Source of the DNA: a virus
Reading direction: 5' to 3' (one strand)
Length of the DNA: 36,444 nt
UHGV virus genome: UHGV-0373079
Within the stretch, counting starts at the first letter, position 1, and each line of letters opens with the position of its first letter. This document shows positions 1 through 8,711 of the stretch, piece after piece. Made by a program: the position numbers and the translations under genes. The notes beneath the pieces are model-generated. The model ran no database searches, was not told the DNA's origin, and saw nothing but the letters and a program-made list of their open reading frames with translations.

Positions 1-5
1 AATGG

Positions 6-188
6 ATGGAAGCCTCAAATGTTATGAGTCAAAAGTATTCAATTACTAGTGAAGTATATTGGGACTGGTTAATTGACACTTTAGGAAATCTAGGTAACCG
101 TTACAATAATCATCCGGTGGTACTAGGTTTCTTAATAGTGTTAATTAAAATTCAAGAAGATAGTTACAAACAAGTAGTAGGAGGATAA
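6..188 (+). CDS. Hypothetical protein, probably the C-terminal part of an ORF that begins upstream of the window
   Basis: The frame is open from the window edge to TAA at 186-188. There is no recognisable motif. Confidence 0.25.
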   Translation: MEASNVMSQKYSITSEVYWDWLIDTLGNLGNRYNNHPVVLGFLIVLIKIQEDSYKQVVGG

Positions 189-194
189 TGTCAA

Positions 195-695
195 ATGAGT
201 AAAATTACTGAGTTATCGGATGAGCAGTTAGATATACTAGCTGAAAAGATTACCTTGAAATTGACTGAAGAGCAGCAAAATGAATTTAAAAAAATGAGAC
301 TGTATGCATTTCACAATACACGTTTGCTTTTGAAAAACTTTGATAAATTGAAAGCACATGTACAAACAGTTGCGGATCAACTTGAAGAGGATAAAGATAC
401 TTTCTGGAACCACAAGTATTTAACTCTTAGTGCGTTAATGCAGAACAGAGCAAAGACAGTTAAAATTATGCATCATGTAGATATCTGTTTAAATGAATAT
501 GAAAAGATGTGTAATGAGACTGGTGGCCGTGGCTATAATCTAATTGAGAAAAAATATTTTGGGCGCAAGATGAGTGACGAGGCAATTGCTGAGTATTACA
601 ATGTAGATCGTACTACAATAAATCGACAAATTAAAGAAGCGATAAATGAATTGTCAATTTTATTATACGGGATTGAAGCTTTAGAAATAAAATAA
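195..695 (+). CDS. ArpU-family (sigma-70 region 4-like) phage late-gene transcriptional activator
   Basis: 166 aa. GGAGGA lies 10 nt upstream. The C-terminal HTH-like segment is YYNVDRTTINRQIKEAINEL. The gene sits immediately upstream of the terminase genes, as in ArpU/RinA-type regulators. Confidence 0.6.
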   Translation: MSKITELSDEQLDILAEKITLKLTEEQQNEFKKMRLYAFHNTRLLLKNFDKLKAHVQTVADQLEEDKDTFWNHKYLTLSALMQNRAKTVKIMHHVDICLNEYEKMCNETGGRGYNLIEKKYFGRKMSDEAIAEYYNVDRTTINRQIKEAINELSILLYGIEALEIK

Positions 696-696
696 T

Positions 697-731
697 GCAC
701 AATCTACGCACAATCAATGCACCACAATGCC
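697..731. repeat. Three phased CACAAT(C/G) direct repeats (GCACAATC x2, then CACAATGCC) at roughly 11-13 bp spacing
   Basis: Read directly: tGCACAATCtacGCACAATCaatGCACCACAATGCC, immediately after the ArpU stop codon. Confidence 0.5.
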
Positions 732-775
732 ACATTTTCCATGTTATTATGGTATTGTGAAATAGGACTAAGCAG

Positions 776-808
776 GACATCTTCCAACTGGGAGGTGTCT
801 ATTTTTTA
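776..808 (+). terminator. Terminator-like hairpin with a U-run, just upstream of terS
   Basis: GACATCTTCC-aact-GGAGGTGTC forms a 10-bp stem (two G.U pairs) and is followed by TATTTTTTAT. Confidence 0.35.
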
Positions 809-829
809 TACAGAAAGGCGGTGGATATC

Positions 830-1264
830 ATGCGAATGACCGAGAAACAAAGACGATTTTGTGATTTTTACATTGAGACCGGAAATGCTAAAGAAGCAGC
901 CGTTAAAGCGGGTTATAGCGAAAAGACAGCAAAACAAATAGGGCAGGAAAACTTGACTAAACCTGACCTCAGAGCCTATATAGACAAACGGCTTGAAGAA
1001 TTGAAAAACGAGCGCACAGCTGATGCCCAAGAAGTTTTAGAATATTTAACGGCTGTTATGCGAGGTGAACACAAAGAAGCAACTTTAATAGGTGTAGGAG
1101 AAGGTGCGCAAGCAATAGCTAATATTGATGTTGGTGCAAAAGACCGATTAAAAGCTGCTGAACTTCTCGGAAAACGTCATGCGCTGTTCACTGATAAGGT
1201 TGATTTACAAACGGGTGACATTGTAATCAAAGTTGGTGAATGGGATGCAGACGAAGAAACGTAA
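830..1264 (+). CDS. terS: Terminase small subunit
   Basis: The N-terminus MTEKQRRFCDFYIETGNAKEAAVKAGYSEKTAKQ is typical of phage TerS HTH domains. The gene sits upstream of terL. Start is ambiguous: GTG 821, ATG 830 or ATG 836. Confidence 0.8.
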   Translation: MRMTEKQRRFCDFYIETGNAKEAAVKAGYSEKTAKQIGQENLTKPDLRAYIDKRLEELKNERTADAQEVLEYLTAVMRGEHKEATLIGVGEGAQAIANIDVGAKDRLKAAELLGKRHALFTDKVDLQTGDIVIKVGEWDADEET

Positions 1265-2528
1265 CATTGTTTTAGAATTTAATTTCCCATCAAAAGTTTT
1301 TAACAAGTCGTTTTATAATCGATTGGTGGATTATTCTAAATTCACCGAGGTTTATTGGGGCGGCGCATCTTCTGGCAAAAGTCATGGCGTTGTTCAAAAG
1401 GTCGTTTTTAAAGCCTGTCAGAAGTGGAAAAAGCCGAGAAAGATTTTATTCACAAGAAAAGTGGGGCGCAGCTTAAAAGACTCTATTTTCGAGGATGTGA
1501 AAGCGTGTCTTTCGGATTGGGGATTGCTAGACAAGTGCAAAGTTAATAACACCGATTTTAGAATTACTTTACCAAATGGGGCAGAGTTTCTCTTTAAGGG
1601 AATGGACGACCCAGAGAAAATAAAATCAATTAAAGGCTTATCTGATGTTGTAATGGAAGAAGCAACAGAGTTTACGTTAGAAGATTATACACAACTTACT
1701 TTGCGGTTACGTGAACGCAAGCATGTAAAACGTCAAATATTCTTAATGTTTAACCCAGTTTCTAAATTGAATTGGGTGTATAAATATTTCTTTGATGATG
1801 AAGCAACAGTCGACCAACAAAGAACAGGTATTTATCACAGCACCTATAAAGACAATCGGTTTCTTGATAGCGAAAATAAAAAGGTGATTGAGGATTTAGC
1901 CAAACGAAACCCAGCGTATTATCGCATATACGCTTTAGGGGAATTTGCTACGCTAGATAAGCTTGTGTTTCCGACTTATCAGAGAAAACGATTAGACAAG
2001 CACGACGAACTGTTAAGACAGATTGATTCAGATTTTGGCTTAGACTTTGGGTATGTAAACGACCCTTCCGCTTTTGTACATGCAAAGGTGGACGAGAAGA
2101 ACAAACGTGTTTATGTTCTTGAAGAATACGTCAAAAAAGGCTTGCTGAATGATGAAATCTCAACGGTTATTAAAGATTTAGGCTATGCAAAAGAAGTTAT
2201 CACTGCCGATTCAGCTGAAAAGAAATCTATTGCAGAAATCAAGAAGAACGGAATTTCGAGAATACGTGCAGCAAAGAAGGGACCTGACTCTATCCGTCAA
2301 GGTCTTTCTTTTTTACTGCAGTATGAAATTATCGTTGACGATCGTTGCGTTAAGCTGATTGAAGAATTAGAAAATTACACCTGGAAAAAAGATAAAAAAA
2401 CAGGGGAATACACAAATGACCCTGTTGATAGTTATAACCATGTTATCGATGCTTTGCGTTATGCGGTGGAACATCGCAGTAAAAAAGCAAAAGGTGTGAA
2501 ATTACAAAGTACAAAGGGGTTGATTTGA
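1242..2528 (+). CDS. terL: Terminase large subunit (PBSX/XtmB-like)
   Basis: Walker A motif WGGASSGKSHGV, ATPase plus C-terminal nuclease architecture, about 430 aa. The start overlaps terS and the stop overlaps the portal start. Confidence 0.85.
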   Translation, partial: GMQTKKRNIVLEFNFPSKVFNKSFYNRLVDYSKFTEVYWGGASSGKSHGVVQKVVFKACQKWKKPRKILFTRKVGRSLKDSIFEDVKACLSDWGLLDKCKVNNTDFRITLPNGAEFLFKGMDDPEKIKSIKGLSDVVMEEATEFTLEDYTQLTLRLRERKHVKRQIFLMFNPVSKLNWVYKYFFDDEATVDQQRTGIYHSTYKDNRFLDSENKKVIEDLAKRNPAYYRIYALGEFATLDKLVFPTYQRKRLDKHDELLRQIDSDFGLDFGYVNDPSAFVHAKVDEKNKRVYVLEEYVKKGLLNDEISTVIKDLGYAKEVITADSAEKKSIAEIKKNGISRIRAAKKGPDSIRQGLSFLLQYEIIVDDRCVKLIEELENYTWKKDKKTGEYTNDPVDSYNHVIDALRYAVEHRSKKAKGVKLQSTKGLI

Positions 2529-4000
2529 TGCCAAATACAGCTAGTTCAAATAGAATCACAGATTTTGTAGACTTAATGGGCAACAGAGTATTGTATTGTG
2601 ACAAAGATGCAGTAATTGATGAAAAACTTGTGGATACGTATATTCAAAAACATCGAAAGCTAATCGGATTTTATGAAGAACTTGAAAAACTATATAACGG
2701 ACAACACGAAATATACTATCAGCAAAGAAAAGAAATGGGGAAACCGGACCACAGAATCGCTGTCAACTTTGCGCGATATGTTGTTGATAGTTCCTCTGCT
2801 TTTTTTAATGGAAAGCCTACAAGAATAACACATCCAGAAGAAAAATTAAAAGATTTTGTTCAGGACTTTCGTAAAAGGAATGAAGAAGAAGATAACGATG
2901 CAGAGCTTTCAAAGTTAACTGCTATTTATGGACATGCCTATAAACTTCTATATCAAAATGAACAGGCGGAAACTTGTGTAACCTATTTAAAACCAACACA
3001 AGGCTTTATTGTTTATGCTGATGATTTATTAAAAGAGCCCATGTTTGCTGTCCTTTATAATAAAGTTTCTGATAATAGTTTAACCGCAACTGTCTATCCG
3101 AAAAATAGTTACGAAACATTTATTTTTACAAAAGAAGAGACGAAAAAAAGGTTTGAAACAAAACGAGGAGTTAGTGTTTTTAAAAAGGCGCTGTCTTATT
3201 TATTAGGTGGGAAAGAGGCTATCACTAATCCATATGGAGAAGTTCCAATGATTGAATTTATGGAAAACGATGAGCGTCAAGGACGAGTTGAAGCGGTCTG
3301 GTCCTTAATTAATAATTACAATGAAGCCTTATCAGAAAAAGCGAATGATGTTAGCTATTTCGCTGATGCATATTTAAAAATGATAGGTGTAGATTTATCA
3401 GATACCGATGTCACAAACTACCTACGAGATAATCGAATTATCAGCAGTGCAGCACCTCTTGAAGAAGGCCAATCAGTTGATATTAACTTTTTAGATAAAC
3501 CGAATTCTGATACTACACAAGAAAACTTATTAAACCGTTTAGAGCGTCTAATTTATCAAATGTCGATGACTTATAACGCAAATGACGAGACATTTAGCCG
3601 CAATGCATCTGGAATTTCGTTAGAATTTAAAATGCAAAATCCAAGAAATCTTGCGCAAGCCAAGGCTAGAAAATTTAAGAAAGCTTATGCGAAGATGTAT
3701 CGAATGATTTTTGCATTACCTACCAACGTTCCGAAAGAAAAAGCAAATGAATGGTTCAATATAGAATATAAATTTGAATTTAATATTCCTCGTAATATTA
3801 GCGATGAAGCAGATACAGCACAAAAATTAGACGGTATTGTGTCAAAAGAAACTCAGTTAAGCGTATTATCGTTTGTCCCTGATGTTAGCCAAGAAATCGA
3901 CAGAATGAAGATAGAAGATTATGATGAAAGGCTTGATCCGCAAGTTGACTTAAGTCTTCTTTCTCAAAAGGATAAAGAATTGAGTGACGAGAATGAGTAA
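2525..4000 (+). CDS. Portal protein
   Basis: 491 aa, sited directly after terL with ATGA-type start/stop overlap. Size and position fit SPP1-like portals. Confidence 0.75.
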   Translation: MMPNTASSNRITDFVDLMGNRVLYCDKDAVIDEKLVDTYIQKHRKLIGFYEELEKLYNGQHEIYYQQRKEMGKPDHRIAVNFARYVVDSSSAFFNGKPTRITHPEEKLKDFVQDFRKRNEEEDNDAELSKLTAIYGHAYKLLYQNEQAETCVTYLKPTQGFIVYADDLLKEPMFAVLYNKVSDNSLTATVYPKNSYETFIFTKEETKKRFETKRGVSVFKKALSYLLGGKEAITNPYGEVPMIEFMENDERQGRVEAVWSLINNYNEALSEKANDVSYFADAYLKMIGVDLSDTDVTNYLRDNRIISSAAPLEEGQSVDINFLDKPNSDTTQENLLNRLERLIYQMSMTYNANDETFSRNASGISLEFKMQNPRNLAQAKARKFKKAYAKMYRMIFALPTNVPKEKANEWFNIEYKFEFNIPRNISDEADTAQKLDGIVSKETQLSVLSFVPDVSQEIDRMKIEDYDERLDPQVDLSLLSQKDKELSDENE

Positions 4001-4910
4001 TTATTGGGCAAAACGAGAAGCAAAACATATCGATGAGGTGCTTAAGCGTCATAGCAATTATGAAAAAGAGATTCATAGTCGGTTTCAAGCACTTTACGAA
4101 ATAATCAACTTTGAAATACAACAATTCTATTCCATATATTCTGGAAAAGAAAAAATAAGTATTAGTGAAGCAAAACGACGTGTGAATAAACACGATGTTG
4201 AAAAATTCGCAGAACAAGCAAAGCGTTATGTACAATCAAGAGACTTCTCTAAAGAAGCAAATGACCAGCTACGATTGTATAACTTGACGATGAAAGTTAA
4301 TCGATTAGAGCTATTAAAATCAAAAATTGGCCTTTACTTAACTGACAATACAGATCAATTGCAGCGGTTTTTCAACAATAATTTAAAAGAGGAAGCTGTT
4401 CAAGAACTAAAAAGACAAGCTGGAATACTTGGTGAGACTATCCGTGAAGTAGATTATTATCAGACCTTAGCAAAATCTATTGTGACTGGTTCATTTAAAA
4501 ATGCTACTTTTTCACAGCGATTATGGATGAATCAGGATATTTTAAAAGCCAACATTGACAGATTACTGAGTACGGGTCTTACGTCCGGTAAGCATCCAGA
4601 TGTTATGGCTAGAGAACTGCGACAATTGGTAGCGATTGATTCGTTAAGAGGAAAAGAGACAGCGGACTATGTGGCAAGACGATTAATGATCAGTGAGTCT
4701 TCAAGAATCCAGAGTGAAGTACAAAAAAAAAGTTACGAAAAGCATGGATATAATGAATTTAATTTAATTGCTGAACCCACAGCTTGTTCTATCTGTAAAG
4801 GTATTGCAAGTGATGGACCCTATAAAGTAGAAAATATGAGTCCAGGAGAAAATGCCAGTCCTATTCATAATTGGTGCCGATGCAGTACTGTACCATCTTA
4901 TAGGGAGTGA
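3984..4910 (+). CDS. Minor head / head morphogenesis protein (SPP1 gp7 / Mu F-like)
   Basis: About 305 aa after the portal. The C-terminal Cys cluster CSICKG...HNWCRCS is typical of this family. The true start may be ATG 3993. Confidence 0.65.
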   Translation: MTRMSNYWAKREAKHIDEVLKRHSNYEKEIHSRFQALYEIINFEIQQFYSIYSGKEKISISEAKRRVNKHDVEKFAEQAKRYVQSRDFSKEANDQLRLYNLTMKVNRLELLKSKIGLYLTDNTDQLQRFFNNNLKEEAVQELKRQAGILGETIREVDYYQTLAKSIVTGSFKNATFSQRLWMNQDILKANIDRLLSTGLTSGKHPDVMARELRQLVAIDSLRGKETADYVARRLMISESSRIQSEVQKKSYEKHGYNEFNLIAEPTACSICKGIASDGPYKVENMSPGENASPIHNWCRCSTVPSYRE

Positions 4911-5104
4911 TTACTATGAATGACGATCCTTATGACTACTTAGATGCTGATTATGAAGAATATTTAAGTAAGGAAGAGGTTAACAACCGTTAGGCTTTTT
5001 ATATTGCCTTCTTACTGCTTACAGGCGTTAAAGAGAAAGCTGTTTCGACTGATGGGCGTAACCTATTAATTTCGATTGGTCACGTAATGACTGGAGGGTT
5101 TAAC

Positions 5105-5746
5105 ATGAAAGAGAAAAAACACTTATTATTACCAATGGATTTACAATTATTTGCTGAGAATCCTAATTCTAGTGATACGGTTAATCCTGAAACAACGCCG
5201 GCAAATGATACTCAGGATAAAGAAACCGATAATCCAGAAGATAAAGAAAAAGCAAAAACAAAAGATAATGGGAAAAGCTTTACTCGTGAGGACGTCGCAA
5301 AAATGATTGCAGCAGAAACAAAAAGAGCTGTAGAACAAGCGAAAACTCAATGGGAAAAGGAGAAATCTTATGAACAAATGACAGCGGAAGAACGCATCAA
5401 AGCAAAAGAAAAAGAGGCGTCTGATAAAGAAGCTTTAGCTGAGAAAAAAGAGCAGCAGGCACAAGCTCGTATCGATCGACTAGAGCGCGCAGAATCTGTT
5501 CGTAAGGATTTATCCGAAAGTGGTCTAACTGATTATGTTAGCGCTACTTATGCTGATTTACTTTTAGTAAAAGACAATGATGAGGATACCAAAAAAGCGA
5601 CAGATGCAATGAAAAAAATTATTGCGGCAGCTCGTGAAGGAATCCAAAAAGAATTGTTAAAAGGCGACACTGTAAATGTTGCAACTGCAACAAAGAACGA
5701 AGCAAATTGGCGAGATAATTTAGCTAAAAATTTAAAAAATAAATAG
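5105..5746 (+). CDS. Capsid scaffolding protein (DUF4355-like)
   Basis: The N-terminal LLLPMDLQLFAE motif, a charged coiled-coil-rich body, and position just upstream of the capsid gene. GGAGGG lies 7 nt before ATG 5105. Confidence 0.65.
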   Translation: MKEKKHLLLPMDLQLFAENPNSSDTVNPETTPANDTQDKETDNPEDKEKAKTKDNGKSFTREDVAKMIAAETKRAVEQAKTQWEKEKSYEQMTAEERIKAKEKEASDKEALAEKKEQQAQARIDRLERAESVRKDLSESGLTDYVSATYADLLLVKDNDEDTKKATDAMKKIIAAAREGIQKELLKGDTVNVATATKNEANWRDNLAKNLKNK

Positions 5747-5759
5747 GAGATGAACAATT

Positions 5760-6665
5760 ATGCCAGTTATTTTAGATAGTAAAGATGTAAAAGCAATTGA
5801 CAAAGAATTTGCGGCAGGCTCTCAAGTATGGGAATTGCTAAAAGGTGGAGCGTCTGGTGTTACTGAAGCAGACTTTGTAGGGGCACGTGAAGTACGAATT
5901 AATAAAATGAAGGGTTTTACAGCAAGTGATTATAAACGTAATGAAGAAAACAAACGGAATAAAATTGATGTAAGTAAAGAAACTGTAAAGCTTGAAAAAG
6001 AACGTTGGATGGGCTATGACCTAGATTCATTAGATCAATCGGAAAATGCCAGCTACGAAGTACAAGCCGTCGTCGAAGAACACACTCGGTTAATTTCTAT
6101 CCCGGAAAAAGATCGTACAGCGATTGAGCGTTTATTAGAAGCAGCTTTTGCTGAACCAGCAGAAGATGATACGGAAGGAAAATACGTAGGGAAAACTGTT
6201 GTTGAAACAATCACCAAAGCGAATGCTTTAACATCTTATGATGAAGCTGAGGCTTATATGACAGATACTGAAGTGATTGGACCGTTTATTATGTTTGTAT
6301 CTTCCGATTACTATAAAGCATTAAAAAATGCTGATGGTGTATCCAAATCATTTAGTACTAACGATATCCAAATTTCAGGAATCAATCGTAAAGTTGAACA
6401 ACTAGACGGATCTGATGCGATTATCCAAAAAGTTGCTAAAAACCGATTACAAGTAGACCCAACGAAAAAAATTAATTATATCTTAGTTCCTTTAAACGTT
6501 TGTTCACCTTTGGAAAAATATAACTCAATTGATTTAATTCCAGCAGCGCAAGATCGTGATGGATATCGAGACACTGTTAAAGGATTAGATTACTATGATG
6601 CAATCGTAATTGAGAAAGCGCGTCCTGCAATTTATGTATCGTATGAAAAAGTAGGATCAAAGTAA
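5760..6665 (+). CDS. Major capsid protein
   Basis: 301 aa directly after the scaffold with a strong RBS (AGGAG). The assignment is by position and size. Confidence 0.7.
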   Translation: MPVILDSKDVKAIDKEFAAGSQVWELLKGGASGVTEADFVGAREVRINKMKGFTASDYKRNEENKRNKIDVSKETVKLEKERWMGYDLDSLDQSENASYEVQAVVEEHTRLISIPEKDRTAIERLLEAAFAEPAEDDTEGKYVGKTVVETITKANALTSYDEAEAYMTDTEVIGPFIMFVSSDYYKALKNADGVSKSFSTNDIQISGINRKVEQLDGSDAIIQKVAKNRLQVDPTKKINYILVPLNVCSPLEKYNSIDLIPAAQDRDGYRDTVKGLDYYDAIVIEKARPAIYVSYEKVGSK

Positions 6666-6724
6666 CATCCCCAACCGTAAAAAATGTTACTCCGACGGAA
6701 ACAGGGGCAATTATTGAAGTGGAG
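6647..6724 (+). other. -1-frame open segment overlapping the capsid stop, encoding ...VTSPTVKNVTPTETGAIIEVE; candidate frameshift extension (FN3 strand A-B-like)
   Basis: The segment has no start codon. It is paralogous to 8617-8709 with mostly synonymous codon differences. A Lys-stop context AAG_TAA allows a tRNA-Lys -1 slip. Confidence 0.45.
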
Positions 6725-6727
6725 TAG

Positions 6728-7087
6728 GTGCATAAGATGACCATTGAAAATCAACATTTAATCGAAGAATACAAAGACTTGTTAGACATTTCCGAAGAAA
6801 CTTTCACTCAAGATAAGTTAAAGCTTCAAAAGATATGGTCAATCACTGAAAAACAGCTTCTAGCAAAGCTTAAAGCAAAAAAAGTGCCAGAATCGTTAGA
6901 TTATATCGTACCTTCAATCGTGGTAAAGCGATACAATCGTATAGGACATGAAGGAATGAAACAGCATGCTCAATCAGAAGAAAAAATTGAGTATAACCTA
7001 AATGATTTTGCTGAATATCAAAGTGAAATTGACGATTATCTTGAAGAAAAAGGATTAGTCAGACAAAGAAAGGTGTCCTTTATATGA
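6728..7087 (+). CDS. Head-tail connector (gp6/gp15-like) protein
   Basis: 119 aa, first gene after the capsid in the head-tail joining block. The call is by position. Confidence 0.45.
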   Translation: MHKMTIENQHLIEEYKDLLDISEETFTQDKLKLQKIWSITEKQLLAKLKAKKVPESLDYIVPSIVVKRYNRIGHEGMKQHAQSEEKIEYNLNDFAEYQSEIDDYLEEKGLVRQRKVSFI

Positions 7088-7359
7088 GAACGACCTTTGA
7101 ATATTACGATAGCAAGCATCAATTAATTAAAAAGAATCTCGTTGGAAGTGTTACTGAGATTGGCACAGAAAAACAAATGACTATCTTTCCTAACATTAAG
7201 GAACAGATGGTCATTTTTCGTTTAAGAGATAGGGTAGTCATGCGTTCAGGATATCTTCAGTATTATGATAAAGAAGAAAAAAGGGACCGTAAATTTTCAG
7301 TTGTAAAAAATTTGCGGGTAAGTAAAGGTACGTCATGCTACGGAAGTGAATATCGATGA
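7084..7359 (+). CDS. Head-tail adaptor / head closure protein
   Basis: 91 aa, translationally coupled (ATGA overlap). The call is by position. Confidence 0.4.
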   Translation: MRTTFEYYDSKHQLIKKNLVGSVTEIGTEKQMTIFPNIKEQMVIFRLRDRVVMRSGYLQYYDKEEKRDRKFSVVKNLRVSKGTSCYGSEYR

Positions 7360-7697
7360 ATGATTATAGTTTAAGCATTAACGGACTAGAAGAATTGCTC
7401 TCAACGGTAGAGAACGCTTCTAAATTAGATGACGTGAAATCGATTGTAAAAAATGATACAGCATATATGGCAAATCAGATTGCTAGAGAAACACCAGTAA
7501 AAAGTGGTCATTTGAAAAGAAGTGAAACTACTGCTATTAAAGATGGCGGGTTTACAGGTGAAGTAACAGCAAACACGAATTATGCGGCGTACGTAGAATA
7601 TGGTACTCGATATATGTATGGGCGTTTTTACATGAAAAAAGGGCTTCTATCAGCAAGCAAAAAATTTATTGATGATATGGAGGCGTTAGTTAAATAA
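7356..7697 (+). CDS. HK97 gp10-like tail-component protein
   Basis: 113 aa, coupled, in the usual position. Confidence 0.4.
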   Translation: MNDYSLSINGLEELLSTVENASKLDDVKSIVKNDTAYMANQIARETPVKSGHLKRSETTAIKDGGFTGEVTANTNYAAYVEYGTRYMYGRFYMKKGLLSASKKFIDDMEALVK

Positions 7698-8089
7698 TGG
7701 AATTTATCGATCCGTATACAGAATTGTACGAAGGCGTCTTTACAGCAATTGAGAGAGTAGGATATGAAACCTATGATCATCTGCCCAATGATGATGCCGC
7801 TTATCCATTTGTTTTTTTAGGTGAACAGACCTCTAAAGACAAACACACTAAAACAAGAACTTTAGGTACAACAAGTATCATTATTCACGTCTTTGATCAT
7901 GACGACAAACGTCGAGAAATGAATAGACTACTAGCAACAATCCGAAAAACAGTTCATGATATTAGGAAAACAGAACATTTTAGTTGGTCTGTAACGTCCA
8001 GTGATACGGATGTTTTATATGAGAATACAACAAATTTTGGAAACAAATTAGCACATGGCGTTCTAAATTTAACGCTAGAATTTGAATAG
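7697..8089 (+). CDS. Tail completion / tail terminator protein
   Basis: 130 aa, immediately upstream of the major tail protein. Confidence 0.4.
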   Translation: MEFIDPYTELYEGVFTAIERVGYETYDHLPNDDAAYPFVFLGEQTSKDKHTKTRTLGTTSIIIHVFDHDDKRREMNRLLATIRKTVHDIRKTEHFSWSVTSSDTDVLYENTTNFGNKLAHGVLNLTLEFE

Positions 8090-8104
8090 AAAGAAGGAAA
8101 AAAC

Positions 8105-8638
8105 ATGGAAAAAGCAATTCAAGGTAAAAAAATTAAGTTAATGTTTCGACTAACACGTGAACGTGCGACAACAGCAGCGAAGTTGTTAGCTTTAGAAATT
8201 TCACACGAATATAAGTCAGAAACAAAAACAGATACGCAATCAACGAAGGATGGGAATGTTCCTACATCAGGTATGCCGTCAGCGTCTATTGAAATGGAGT
8301 TTTTGCGTACAGGTACAGAAACCTATGATATGTTGAAATATGCATACCGTCATGGCTTAGAAATAGATGTATGGCGCATCAACTTTGATAAAAAAGACGA
8401 GAAAACAGGAAAGTACGAGGCAGAATTTGGCACAGGGTTGCTTGATTCATTTGGAGATTCTGCCGAATCGGATTCAAACTCAAGTATCAAACCTACGCTA
8501 GTATTGAATGGAGATTTAGTTGAAGGTTGGGCGACGGTTGATTCTGATAATGAAGAATTAGCAAAAGCATTCTTCTATGATACTGTTGCAGGTGCGGAAG
8601 CAGAGGAACCAATTGAAAAATATCACCCAAAAAAATAA
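8105..8638 (+). CDS. Major tail (tube) protein
   Basis: 177 aa with an acidic C-terminus. It lies upstream of the Ig-like ORF and chaperone genes. It ends in the A_AAA_AAA_TAA context. Confidence 0.65.
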   Translation: MEKAIQGKKIKLMFRLTRERATTAAKLLALEISHEYKSETKTDTQSTKDGNVPTSGMPSASIEMEFLRTGTETYDMLKYAYRHGLEIDVWRINFDKKDEKTGKYEAEFGTGLLDSFGDSAESDSNSSIKPTLVLNGDLVEGWATVDSDNEELAKAFFYDTVAGAEAEEPIEKYHPKK

Positions 8639-8709
8639 TGGCCCCGAAAGTTGAAAGTGTTACACCTACAACCGACGGGGCAATCGTAAAGATTAAGGAA
8701 GGGGAATAG
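8617..8709 (+). other. -1-frame open segment overlapping the major tail protein stop, encoding KIMAPKVESVTPTTDGAIVKIKEGE; candidate frameshift extension supplying FN3 strands A-B
   Basis: A_AAA_AAA heptamer (8629-8635) sits directly before TAA. The peptide is paralogous to the capsid-end segment. Confidence 0.45.
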
Positions 8710-8711
8710 AG

